DNA of 40,003 nucleotides from an uncultured bacterium. Lineage in GTDB: Bacteria > Deinococcota > Deinococci > Deinococcales > Trueperaceae. Positions 9,241 to 17,755 of the stretch are shown here, one piece after another. The position numbers and the translations under genes were made by a program. A model generated the notes under the pieces. That model saw nothing but the letters and a program-made list of their open reading frames with translations. It searched no databases and had not been told where the DNA came from. The stretch is taken from the NCBI GenBank assembly GCA_964393655.1, contig CAYMUK010000001.1:1-40003 (forward strand). Reading direction: 5' to 3'. Numbering within the stretch: the stretch's first letter is position 1; every line of letters begins with the position of its first letter.

Positions 9241-10407
9241 ATGGCTGTAGACAACCTGAACCTGGTCATCTGGGGCGCCACAGTGGCCGCCCTGTTCGGA
9301 GCCCTGGTGGGCTCCTTCTCGAACGTCGTCATCTGGCGCTTGCCCCGGGGTGAGTCCGTTGTCTGGCCGGGCTCGCACTGCCCGCATTGTGACCGCCGGC
9401 TGGGTCCGCTGGAGCTCGTTCCGGTCCTTTCTTGGCTGGGTCAGCGCGCGCGCTGCCGCGGCTGCGGCAAGCCGATCAGCGCCCGTTATCCACTGGTGGA
9501 GCTGCTGGTGGCGGGTGGGTTCTTCGCCATCGCCTGGCGCTGGAACTTCCTGGACCACGGATTCACCGCGGTTCCCCTGCTGCTGCTCTTCGCCGTGCTG
9601 GTGATTCTGGCGTTCATCGACCTGGATACCATGACCCTGCCTGATGCCCTGACACTCCCGGCGCTTCTCTTCGCGCTGGGCGCCAGTTTTCTGTACGCGG
9701 CGGGCAGCGGGTTGCCGCTGCCGTGGGAGGCTTTCAGCGGCGCGATGATCGGTGCCGGCATCCTCACGCTGATAAACCGCCTTGGTGGCCTTGCGCTCAG
9801 GCGCTTCGCTGACACGAAGGAGCGGCTCTGGCCCATCGGCTTCGACCAGGTGAACCTGGCGGCCGTGGGCGGACTGCTGTTCGGTTGGCAGGCGGGCGCG
9901 CTGGTGGCACTGGCGTCGGTTTTGCTCAATCTGCTGAGCCGCAAGGTGCTGCGTCTGCCGGAGGGGCTGCTCTACCTGCTCTGGCTTCTGGGACTGCTGG
10001 TGGCCGTGCCTTATCTGCTGCCGATAAGCCTGCCGGCGGCGCTCTCAGGCACCCTGATCGCCAGCGGCACCCTCGCCATTTCGGGTGCCTTCTGGTGGTG
10101 GCTGCATTCCCTGGTGGTCAAGCCGGCTGCGCAGGCAGAGCCGGATCCGGCCGAAGACGAGCCCATCGCCATGGGCTTCGGCGACGCGAAACTGGCGGCG
10201 GTGCTGGGAGCGATGCTCGGCTGGCAGTCGTTCCTGGTCGCGCTGCTTGCTGCCATCATTCTGGGGGCTGTGATCGGTGTGCTCGGCAGGCTGCTGGGCG
10301 GCGAGCGGCAGATTCCGTTCGGACCCTACCTGGTCGCTGGTGGCATCATCGCGCTGTTCTGGGGGCAGGCGCTCGTCGACTGGTACGGCGCGCTGATCGG
10401 CTTCTGA
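9241..10407 (+). CDS. pilD: Prepilin (type IV leader) peptidase / N-methyltransferase, A24 family, with an expanded membrane core.
   Basis: N-terminal zinc-knuckle pairs CPHC...CRGC with RYPLVELL. First catalytic-Asp motif AFIDLDTMTLPD and second motif GFGDAKLAAVLGAMLGWQ. An SD GGGAGA lies upstream. Confidence 0.88.
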   Translation: MAVDNLNLVIWGATVAALFGALVGSFSNVVIWRLPRGESVVWPGSHCPHCDRRLGPLELVPVLSWLGQRARCRGCGKPISARYPLVELLVAGGFFAIAWRWNFLDHGFTAVPLLLLFAVLVILAFIDLDTMTLPDALTLPALLFALGASFLYAAGSGLPLPWEAFSGAMIGAGILTLINRLGGLALRRFADTKERLWPIGFDQVNLAAVGGLLFGWQAGALVALASVLLNLLSRKVLRLPEGLLYLLWLLGLLVAVPYLLPISLPAALSGTLIASGTLAISGAFWWWLHSLVVKPAAQAEPDPAEDEPIAMGFGDAKLAAVLGAMLGWQSFLVALLAAIILGAVIGVLGRLLGGERQIPFGPYLVAGGIIALFWGQALVDWYGALIGF

Positions 10408-10411
10408 TCTG

Positions 10412-10487
10412 TGCATAAGGTTGCACTGAGTCTGCAATTATGCAGCCGCGATGCTAGACTCTTATTTCCGCCCTGCATAATGCTGCG
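10412..10487. promoter_or_regulatory. ARG-box-like operator cluster (putative ArgR sites) overlapping the argF promoter.
   Basis: An AT-rich island holds TGCATAAGGTTGCA (10412-10425), TGCAATTATGCA (10433-10444, about 20-21 bp from the first) and TGCATAATGCTGCG (10474-10487). All have TGCA-N(4-6)-TGCA architecture, resembling the TGAAT-N4-ATTCA ARG box. Confidence 0.4.
10452..10460 (+). promoter_or_regulatory. Extended -10 element TGCTAGACT of the argFCJ operon.
   Basis: It sits about 50 nt upstream of argF ATG 10511, which has its own GGAGG SD at 10497-10501. It is flanked by the ARG-box-like sites. Confidence 0.45.
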
Positions 10488-10510
10488 CGGCATACCGGAG
10501 GCATGAAGTA

Positions 10511-11452
10511 ATGACCCATCGAATCGTGGAATCGCTTGCCGGTCGGGATTTCCTGACTCTGGCCGAGCTGAGCGCCCAGGAATTCACCGGCCTGCTCGAT
10601 TCCTCACTGGCTTTGAAGAACGCCTGGAAGCGATCCGACCGGCCTGCGCCCCTGGCAGGGAGCAGTCTGGCCATGATCTTCGAAAAGCAGTCCCTGCGCA
10701 CCCGCACCACCTTCGACATCGCCATGTTCCAGCTTGGCGGCCACGCGATCCTGCTGGGGCAGGACAGCATCGGGCTGGGTGTGCGCGAGAGCGTACGTGA
10801 CATCGCCACCAACCTGAGCCGCTGGACGGTCGGCATCATGGCCCGAACCTACGCCCACGAGACCGTTACCGGCCTGGCCCAGTACGCTTCCGTCCCGGTC
10901 ATCAACGGCCTGACGGACCTGCAGCACCCCACCCAGATAGTCGCCGACTACCTGACTCTGCTGGAGCGGTTCGGCACCCTGAATGGACTGCGCATCGTCT
11001 ACGTTGGCGACGGCAACAACGTCGCCAACTCGCACATCGAAGCGGCGGTGCATGCTGGCACCAGCCTGGTGATCGCCTGCCCTGATGGTTTCGACCCCGA
11101 TGAACGGGTACTCGAAGCCGCCCGGGCCGCAGGTGCCGACGTGAGCCTGGAGCGTGACCCGCGTGCCGCGGTCCGCGGCGCCGACGTGCTTTACACCGAC
11201 GTGTGGATCTCCATGGGACAGGAGGAGGACGCCGCGCGCCGCAAGGCAGCGTTCCGGGGCTACACCATCACGCCGGAGTGGTTCGCGGACCTCTCGCCAC
11301 GCGGCGTGTTCATGCACGACCTGCCCGCCCATTACGGCGAGGAGTGCACCGAGGAATGCGTATACCACGAGCGGAGCGTGGTCTTTGACCAGGCCGAGAA
11401 CCGCCTGCACGCGCACAAGGGCATCCTGTTCAACCACCTGGTACCGGCATGA
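10511..11452 (+). CDS. argF: Ornithine carbamoyltransferase-family protein (argF-like; variant HDLP motif).
   Basis: FEKQSLRTRTTF (carbamoyl-phosphate motif), HPTQ, DVWISMGQE and FMHDLPAH are present. It is linked to argC and argJ. Confidence 0.85.
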   Translation: MTHRIVESLAGRDFLTLAELSAQEFTGLLDSSLALKNAWKRSDRPAPLAGSSLAMIFEKQSLRTRTTFDIAMFQLGGHAILLGQDSIGLGVRESVRDIATNLSRWTVGIMARTYAHETVTGLAQYASVPVINGLTDLQHPTQIVADYLTLLERFGTLNGLRIVYVGDGNNVANSHIEAAVHAGTSLVIACPDGFDPDERVLEAARAAGADVSLERDPRAAVRGADVLYTDVWISMGQEEDAARRKAAFRGYTITPEWFADLSPRGVFMHDLPAHYGEECTEECVYHERSVVFDQAENRLHAHKGILFNHLVPA

Positions 11453-12543
11453 CCCTGAAAGCCGGAATCCTGGGTGCCAGCGGCTACGGTGGCAGCGAGC
11501 TGATAAGGAGGCTGGCGCGCCACAGCGGGGTGGAACTCACCGGCTTCGCCTCAAGACAGTTCTTAGGAAAGCCGCTGCACGAAGCCTGGCCGCAACTGGC
11601 CGGGCTGCCCTACGGTGAGGCCAGCTTTGCTGACAACGACGAAGTGATTGCCGCCGCCGACGTCCTGTTCTTCGCCACGCCTCACGCAGCTACGGCCCCG
11701 CTTGTCGCGCAGGCGGTAGCGCAAGGCAAGCAGGCAATCGACCTCTCGGCGGACTTCAGACTGGACGCGGCCACCTACAGCGAATGGTACGGACTGGAGC
11801 ACCCGCACAAGGAGCTGCTCGGGCAGGCCCGCTACGGTCTCGTGGAGCTGCACAGGAACGAGCTTCAGGGAGCCGGCATCATCGCCAGCCCCGGCTGCAA
11901 CGCGACCGCGGCCACCCTGGCACTGGCGCCGCTGGCAGCATCAGGTCACCTGGGCGAGGACGTTTCCGTGACCATCGCGACCGGGATCTCGGGCGCCGGA
12001 CGCTCGCCAAAGCTTCCCATCCACTTCCCCGAGGCGATGGACTCGGTGGTTCCCTACAGCACCGGGGGCAGGCACCGGCACGTGGGCGAGATCGAGGCGA
12101 ACCTGGGACGCGTCCGGGCCGCAGCCGAAGGCAGTGGCCTGCTCGCTGGCCGTGAGCTCACGACCCACGGCAAGCAGCAACGTCCGATTCTCACCTTCAC
12201 GCCGATGCGGGTGCCCATGGTGCGGGGCATCCTGGCAGTGACCACCACCCGCTCTCCACTGGGCATTCCCGGCACCGCGGAGCTGCTGCAGCTGTACCGC
12301 GAGTTCTATGCGGGTAACCCACTGCTGCACGTGCAGGACGCGGCGCCGGAGACCAAAGCGGTGGCCGGCAGCGACCGCGCCATCATCAGTGTCGAAGTCG
12401 ACAGGCGCAGCGGGCTGATCCTGGCCTACGCCGTGCTGGACAACCTGGGGAAAGGTGCGGCCGGTCAGGCGGTTCAGGCCTTCAACGTGGCGAACGGCTT
12501 CCCCGAGACAACCGCACTCGAGCTCGAAGGACGCTGGCCGTGA
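11449..12543 (+). CDS. argC: N-acetyl-gamma-glutamyl-phosphate reductase.
   Basis: GILGASGYGGSELIRRL NAD-binding N-terminus and active-site SPGCNATAA. An ATGA overlap links it to argF. Confidence 0.9.
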   Translation: MTLKAGILGASGYGGSELIRRLARHSGVELTGFASRQFLGKPLHEAWPQLAGLPYGEASFADNDEVIAAADVLFFATPHAATAPLVAQAVAQGKQAIDLSADFRLDAATYSEWYGLEHPHKELLGQARYGLVELHRNELQGAGIIASPGCNATAATLALAPLAASGHLGEDVSVTIATGISGAGRSPKLPIHFPEAMDSVVPYSTGGRHRHVGEIEANLGRVRAAAEGSGLLAGRELTTHGKQQRPILTFTPMRVPMVRGILAVTTTRSPLGIPGTAELLQLYREFYAGNPLLHVQDAAPETKAVAGSDRAIISVEVDRRSGLILAYAVLDNLGKGAAGQAVQAFNVANGFPETTALELEGRWP

Positions 12544-13685
12544 GGCTGCCTCAGGGGTTCCGCACCGCCGGCATCAGCGCCGGACTGAAGCGCTCCGGGA
12601 AGCGTGACCTGGGCCTGATCCTGGCAGATGAACCATTGAACTGGGCTTTCGTCAGCACGCGCAACCTGGTGCGTGCCGCCTGCGTCGACCGCAACCGCAG
12701 CCTGTTTGCCGCGGGCGGCAAGGTGCAGGCGCTGGTCATCAACTCCGGCAACGCCAACTGCGCCACCGGCGAGCAGGGTGTGCTCGACAACCGCACAATG
12801 GCCGAGGCCACCGCCAGGCAGGCCGGACTTGAGGCCGCCCGGGTGCTGACCTCCAGTACCGGCGTGGTGGGCCAGCGGATGCCGATTGATGCCATAACCG
12901 CTGCGCTGCCCGAACTGCATGACAGCCTGGGCGACGACAGTGCAGCTTTCGCGGCGGCCATCATGACCACGGACCTTGTGTTCAAGCAGGTGGAGGTGCA
13001 GCTGGCCAGTGGCGCCCGCATCGTCGGCGTCGCCAAGGGCTCGGGCATGATCCACCCGAACATGGCCACCATGCTGGCCTACCTGATGACTGACGCGGCT
13101 GTGGAGCAGTCCGCACTGCGCAGCATGTGGAGCGACATCGCGGACCGCAGCTTCAATCAGGTGACTGTGGATGGTGACACTTCACCCAACGACATGGCGT
13201 TCGTTTTCAGCAGCAACCGGGTTGCAACGGACGAAGGCGAGCTGCGCGAGGGACTGCTGCGGGTGGCCGAAGGGCTGGCCAGGCGCATCGCCCGGGACGG
13301 CGAGGGCGCAACCAAGCTGCTGACCGTGCAGGTGCGCTCGGCCGCCAGTGACGAGGACGGCCGGCTGGCCGCACGAACCGTGGCCGGCTCACCCCTCGTG
13401 AAATCGGCCGTGCATGGCAACGATCCGAACTGGGGCCGCATCCTGGTGGCACTGGGGCGCTCAGGTGCCAGCTTCGATCCCGCGCGCACGCGCATTGACG
13501 TGCAGGGAATCACCGTCTACCACGGCTCACCTCAACCTTTCGACGTTGCCGCCACTTCTGACCTGCTGAAGCAGGAAGACGTGATGATCAACATCGACCT
13601 GGAAGCCGGCAGCGGCAGCGGCAACGCCTGGGGTTGCGACCTGACGGCCGAGTACGTGCGCATCAACGCCGATTACACGACCTGA
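12540..13685 (+). CDS. argJ: Bifunctional ornithine acetyltransferase / N-acetylglutamate synthase ArgJ.
   Basis: LPQGFRTAGISAGLKRSGKRDLGLI, the autoprocessing site ATMLAYLMTDA, and a C-terminal GCDLTAEYVRINADYTT. A GTGA overlap links it to argC. Confidence 0.92.
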   Translation: MRLPQGFRTAGISAGLKRSGKRDLGLILADEPLNWAFVSTRNLVRAACVDRNRSLFAAGGKVQALVINSGNANCATGEQGVLDNRTMAEATARQAGLEAARVLTSSTGVVGQRMPIDAITAALPELHDSLGDDSAAFAAAIMTTDLVFKQVEVQLASGARIVGVAKGSGMIHPNMATMLAYLMTDAAVEQSALRSMWSDIADRSFNQVTVDGDTSPNDMAFVFSSNRVATDEGELREGLLRVAEGLARRIARDGEGATKLLTVQVRSAASDEDGRLAARTVAGSPLVKSAVHGNDPNWGRILVALGRSGASFDPARTRIDVQGITVYHGSPQPFDVAATSDLLKQEDVMINIDLEAGSGSGNAWGCDLTAEYVRINADYTT

Positions 13686-13695
13686 ACCGAACACG

Positions 13696-13744
13696 CCATC
13701 CGGACGTGCGCCCGCAACCTGAAGATGGGCGCACGTCCGGATGG
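13696..13744. terminator. Perfect 18-bp-stem hairpin between convergent argJ and lpdA; putative bidirectional terminator.
   Basis: ccatccggacgtgcgccc (13696-13713), a 13-nt loop, then gggcgcacgtccggatgg (13727-13744). No U-tract on either side. Confidence 0.6.
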
Positions 13745-13755
13745 CAGCAACCGCC

Positions 13756-15159
13756 CTAAGCCCTGGCGGCCCGGGGTTTGCGGTTCGAGGTGTGGATAGC
13801 CTGGCCGTGTGCCTGCTCGGCGGCCTCCATGAACGCCTCCGAGAGTGTTGGGTGCGCGTGCTGGGTCAGCGCCACGTCCGTCAGGGTGGCACCCATTTCG
13901 ATGGCCAGCGTCGCTTCGGCCACCAGCTCGCCGGCGTTAGGGCCGACCATGTGGAATCCCAGCAGCAGGTCGGTGTCCTCGTCGGCGATCACCTTCACCA
14001 GGCCGCCGTCAACATCCATGGCCATCGCCCGGCCGGAGACGGCCAGCGGGAAGCGGCCAACCCGGACCTTGTGCCCGGCGTCAAGCGCCTCCTGTTCCGT
14101 CATGCCGACAGAGGCCAGTTCCGGGTTGGTGTAGATGACCCCAGGAACTATCGTGTCGTAGGCGCTCTTCTGGCCACTGGCATGCTCGGCGGCAACCAGC
14201 CCTTCCTTCATCGCCTTGTGGGCCAGGAGCGGCATGCCGGCAACATCGCCGATAGCGTAGATGTTCTGGACGTTGGTAAGCATGTTCTCATTCGTGGTGA
14301 TGAAACCACGCGCATCCGTCTCGACCCCCGCGGCCTCAAGGTTGAGCCCGCCCGAGTTGGGCCGACGGCCGACGGCCACCAGCAGTTTGTCCACAACGAC
14401 GGTGGACTGCTCGCCGTCCCTGTCCTCGAGCGTGACCTCGGTGCCGCCCTTGACCTTCTTCTGGCTGACCGACTTCGTGGACGTCAGCAGCTTGATGCCG
14501 CGCTTCTTCAGCGCCTTGTGCAGTTCCTTCGAGGCGTCCTCATCCGCCGTGGGCACGATGCGGTCCATCAGTTCCACGACCGTCACTTCGGCCCCGAGTG
14601 CGCTGTAGATGTCCGCGAATTCCAGGCCGATGGCGCTGCCGCCGATCGCCAGGAAGCGCTTCGGGATTTCGCTGACAAGCAACGCGCCGGTGGAATCCAC
14701 CACTGTCTCATTGTCGATGTCGAAGCCGGGAATCGAGACAGGCGCTGAGCCGGTGGCGATGATGAACTTGCCGGCGCTGTAGCTCTTCTCGCCTACCTTG
14801 ATGCTGTCGTTGCCGGTGAAGGCGGCCTCGCCCTCGAGCAGGGTGACCTTGTTGGCCTTAAGCAGCTGGGTGACGCCGCCGGTCAGCTTGCCGACGACAC
14901 CCTGCTTCCAGTCCTCCACCTTCTGCAGGTTTATGTCGGGAGTGCCGAAGTCGACGCCGTGACTGCTGAGCGCCTTCGCCTCCAGGATCTGCGTAGCCAC
15001 GTGCAGGAGCGCTTTGGTGGGGATGCAGCCGACATTCAGGCAGACGCCGCCGACGTCGCCCTTTTCCACCACTGCGGTCTTCAGTCCCAGCTGGGCGGCC
15101 CGAATGGCCGCGTGGTAACCACCCGGTCCCGAACCGATCACTATCAGGTCAAAATCCAC
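13756..15159 (-). CDS. lpdA: Dihydrolipoyl dehydrogenase (E3).
   Basis: A GTG start at 15159 is preceded by AGGAGG. The sequence reads (V)DFDLIVIGSGPGGYHAAIRAAQLGL...GGVCLNVGCIPTKALL (redox-active CxxxxC) ...HAHPTLSEA. The 634-aa track ORF is an Arg/Pro-rich artefactual extension. Confidence 0.93.
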   Translation of the reverse strand: MDFDLIVIGSGPGGYHAAIRAAQLGLKTAVVEKGDVGGVCLNVGCIPTKALLHVATQILEAKALSSHGVDFGTPDINLQKVEDWKQGVVGKLTGGVTQLLKANKVTLLEGEAAFTGNDSIKVGEKSYSAGKFIIATGSAPVSIPGFDIDNETVVDSTGALLVSEIPKRFLAIGGSAIGLEFADIYSALGAEVTVVELMDRIVPTADEDASKELHKALKKRGIKLLTSTKSVSQKKVKGGTEVTLEDRDGEQSTVVVDKLLVAVGRRPNSGGLNLEAAGVETDARGFITTNENMLTNVQNIYAIGDVAGMPLLAHKAMKEGLVAAEHASGQKSAYDTIVPGVIYTNPELASVGMTEQEALDAGHKVRVGRFPLAVSGRAMAMDVDGGLVKVIADEDTDLLLGFHMVGPNAGELVAEATLAIEMGATLTDVALTQHAHPTLSEAFMEAAEQAHGQAIHTSNRKPRAARA

Positions 15160-15236
15160 GTTGACTCCTCCTGTCCATGCCAACAGTCTACTACCGCCCC
15201 CGAAGCCCCGAACGCCGCCAGGCGGGCTGCAGGGAA

Positions 15237-15242
15237 TATACT
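15237..15242 (+). promoter_or_regulatory. -10 hexamer TATACT, 9 nt upstream of the leuS ATG.
   Basis: gggaatatactgcagctgacATG. There is no SD in the 9-nt spacer. Confidence 0.4.
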
Positions 15243-15251
15243 GCAGCTGAC

Positions 15252-17747
15252 ATGACGGAGACTGAACAGCAGAGCAATGCGGTGGAGCGCTACAGCCCCG
15301 GAAGCATCGAGAAGAAATGGCAGGAGCGCTGGTCGCAGGCCGGCCTGTACGAAGTCGATCTTCATTCGGACAAACCCCCCTACTATTTCCTGACGATGTA
15401 CCCCTATCCATCCGGCAACCTGCACGCGGGCCACTGGTACGCGGAGGTGCCGGCGGACGCCGCCGCCCGGTTCCAGCGCATGCGCGGCAGGAACGTGCTG
15501 TTCCCCATGGGCTTCGACGCCTTCGGCCTGCCGGCCGAGAACGCGGCCATCCGGGCGGCCCGGGCCGGCGAGAGCGTGCACCCTGCCAGCCTGACGTACA
15601 GCCAGATCGACCGCATGCGCGAGCAGTTCGGCCAGATGGGCGCGATGTTTGACTGGTCAAAGACGCTGAATACCTGCGACCCCGGCTACTACCGCTGGAA
15701 CCAGTGGTTCTTCCTCAAGATGCATGAACGGGGCCTTGCCTACCGCAAGGAATCGTTCGTCAACTGGGACCCTGTGGATCAGACCGTGCTCGCCAACGAA
15801 CAGGTGGTGGACGGCCGCGCCGACCGAAGTGGCGCCCTGGTCGAGCGCAGGCTGATGCCGCAGTGGCACTTCAAGATCACAGACTATGCCGACGAGCTGC
15901 TCGACTTCAGCGACCTCGACTGGCCCGAGAACGTCAAGACCCAGCAGGCCAACTGGATCGGCCGCTCCGAGGGTGCCGAAGTCATTTTCAAAAGCGCGCG
16001 TGGCGATGAGCTCAAGGTCTTCACCACCCGCCCGGACACGCTCTGGGGCGCCACATTCATGGTGATGGCGCCGGAACATCCGCTGGTTGCCGAACTCACC
16101 AGCGCGGAGCAGCGGGACGCCGTCGAAGCCTACGTGAAGGCGGCCAGCCGCAAGTCCGAGGTGGAACGCCAGGCGGACGGCACCAACAAGACCGGCGAAT
16201 TCCTGGGCGCCTACGCCACGAATCCCGTCAACGGCGAGCAGATTCCCATCTGGATTTCCGATTACGTGCTGCTCGGTTACGGCACCGGTGTGATCATGGC
16301 GGTTCCGGCGCACGACCAGCGCGACTTCGACTTCGCCACCAGATTCGGCCTGGAGATCCGGCCGGTGATCCAGCCGGCGGATGCAAACGGAGACACGCCA
16401 CTCAGCGAGGCCTTCACCGGCGACGGCGTGATGGTCAACTCGGGTGATTTCGACGGCACCCCTGCGGGCCGCGACACGGAAGCCGTGGCGAGGGTCATCG
16501 TCTGGCTCCAGGAGCAGGGCCTCGGCAGGGCACGCGTCACCTACCGCCTGCGCGACTGGCTCATCAGCCGCCAGCGCTACTGGGGTACGCCCATCCCCAT
16601 GCTCTATTGCGACAGCTGCGGCCTTGTGCCGGAGAAGGAAGAGAACCTGCCGGTGCTCCTTCCGGAGGATGTCGAATTCATGCCCACGGGCGAGTCGCCC
16701 CTCAAGCACCATCCTGATTTCCAGAACGCCGCCTGCCCCCACTGCGGCGGTCAGGCGCGCCGCGAGACGGACACCATGGACACGTTCATGGACAGCTCCT
16801 GGTACTGGTTCCGTTACCTGTCGCCTGACAAAACGGACGGTCCGATCGACAGCGAATTGGCGGCGAAATGGACCCCGGTCGACACTTACACGGGTGGCAG
16901 CGAGCATGCGATCCTGCACCTGCTCTACAGCCGCTTCTTCACGAAGGTGATCCGCGACCTGGGCCTGATCGAACACGGTGAGCCCTTCAGGCGCCTGCGC
17001 AACCAGGGGATGATCCTGGGTGAGGACAACGAGAAAATGTCCAAGTCGCGCGGCAACGTCGTCGATCCCGATGGCCTGGTTGAAGATTACGGGGCGGACA
17101 CCGTGCGGGCCTACATGATGTTCCTTGGCCCCTGGGACCAGGGTTCGCCCTGGAACTCACGGGGTATCGAGGGCATCTCGCGTTTCCTCAACCGTGTCTG
17201 GAACCTGCTGCACGGCAGGCCGTCAGGGGCGCAGAACGACCTGGCCGCCGCGAAGCGCGAGCTCAGGCGTGCCACGCACCACGCGATCAACGAAGTGACT
17301 CAGGACTTCGAGTCTTTCTCGTTCAACACCGCCATCGCCGAACTCATGACCCTGCAGAGCGCCATCAGCCGCGCGCGCACGCCGGACATGCTGGAGCAGC
17401 CGGAGTGGCAGGAGGCGGTACGGGCACTGCTGGTCATGCTTGCCCCTATCGCTCCCCACATCACGGAGGAGCTCTGGCACCGTCTGGGGCACGGCACCTC
17501 GGTGCACCTGGAGGAATGGCCGGTGCATGACCCTGAAGCGCTTGTCAGCGACACGGTGACCATGGCAGTTCAGGTCGGCGGCAAGGTCCGGGGCCAGATC
17601 GAGGTAGCGGCGGATGCGCTCAAGGATGTCGTGCTCGACGCAGCCCGGCAGGAGCCCAATGTGGCGCGGCACCTGGAAGGCAACGAGATAGTCCGTGAGA
17701 TAGTGGTGCCGGGCCGGTTGGTCAACTTCGTGCTCAGGCCTGCCTGA
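15252..17747 (+). CDS. leuS: Leucyl-tRNA synthetase.
   Basis: YSPGSIEKKWQERW, the HIGH-type motif PYPSGNLHAGHW, KMSKS, and a CP1 editing domain (TTRPDTLWGATFMVMAPEHP). The start is taken at ATG 15252, inside the longer track ORF. Confidence 0.95.
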   Translation: MTETEQQSNAVERYSPGSIEKKWQERWSQAGLYEVDLHSDKPPYYFLTMYPYPSGNLHAGHWYAEVPADAAARFQRMRGRNVLFPMGFDAFGLPAENAAIRAARAGESVHPASLTYSQIDRMREQFGQMGAMFDWSKTLNTCDPGYYRWNQWFFLKMHERGLAYRKESFVNWDPVDQTVLANEQVVDGRADRSGALVERRLMPQWHFKITDYADELLDFSDLDWPENVKTQQANWIGRSEGAEVIFKSARGDELKVFTTRPDTLWGATFMVMAPEHPLVAELTSAEQRDAVEAYVKAASRKSEVERQADGTNKTGEFLGAYATNPVNGEQIPIWISDYVLLGYGTGVIMAVPAHDQRDFDFATRFGLEIRPVIQPADANGDTPLSEAFTGDGVMVNSGDFDGTPAGRDTEAVARVIVWLQEQGLGRARVTYRLRDWLISRQRYWGTPIPMLYCDSCGLVPEKEENLPVLLPEDVEFMPTGESPLKHHPDFQNAACPHCGGQARRETDTMDTFMDSSWYWFRYLSPDKTDGPIDSELAAKWTPVDTYTGGSEHAILHLLYSRFFTKVIRDLGLIEHGEPFRRLRNQGMILGEDNEKMSKSRGNVVDPDGLVEDYGADTVRAYMMFLGPWDQGSPWNSRGIEGISRFLNRVWNLLHGRPSGAQNDLAAAKRELRRATHHAINEVTQDFESFSFNTAIAELMTLQSAISRARTPDMLEQPEWQEAVRALLVMLAPIAPHITEELWHRLGHGTSVHLEEWPVHDPEALVSDTVTMAVQVGGKVRGQIEVAADALKDVVLDAARQEPNVARHLEGNEIVREIVVPGRLVNFVLRPA

Positions 17748-17755
17748 GCACGTCA

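Noticed and set aside
10503-10511. Mini-ORF ATG-AAG-TAA whose stop overlaps the argF ATG (TAATG).
   Set aside because: GGAGG ends only 1 nt before this ATG, too close for initiation. It is 9 nt from the argF ATG, which is ideal. The mini-ORF is most likely coincidental.
13756-15660. 634-aa minus-strand ORF extending lpdA by 167 codons upstream.
   Set aside because: The extension is Arg/Pro/Gly-rich nonsense overlapping leuS. A GTG with a perfect AGGAGG SD at 15159 gives the canonical (V)DFDLIVIGSGPGGY N-terminus.
15657-16976. 439-aa ORF antisense to leuS.
   Set aside because: It is a shadow ORF opposite a strongly recognisable gene and has no motifs. The same reasoning covers 10604-11437 (antisense argF), 19689-20687 (antisense rpiA/acpS), 22427-23386 (antisense M20), 32901-33980 (antisense M32), 34006-35076 (antisense pheA), 30849-31646 (antisense mrpA), and 37890-38957 and 38500-39846 (antisense dynamin-like gene).
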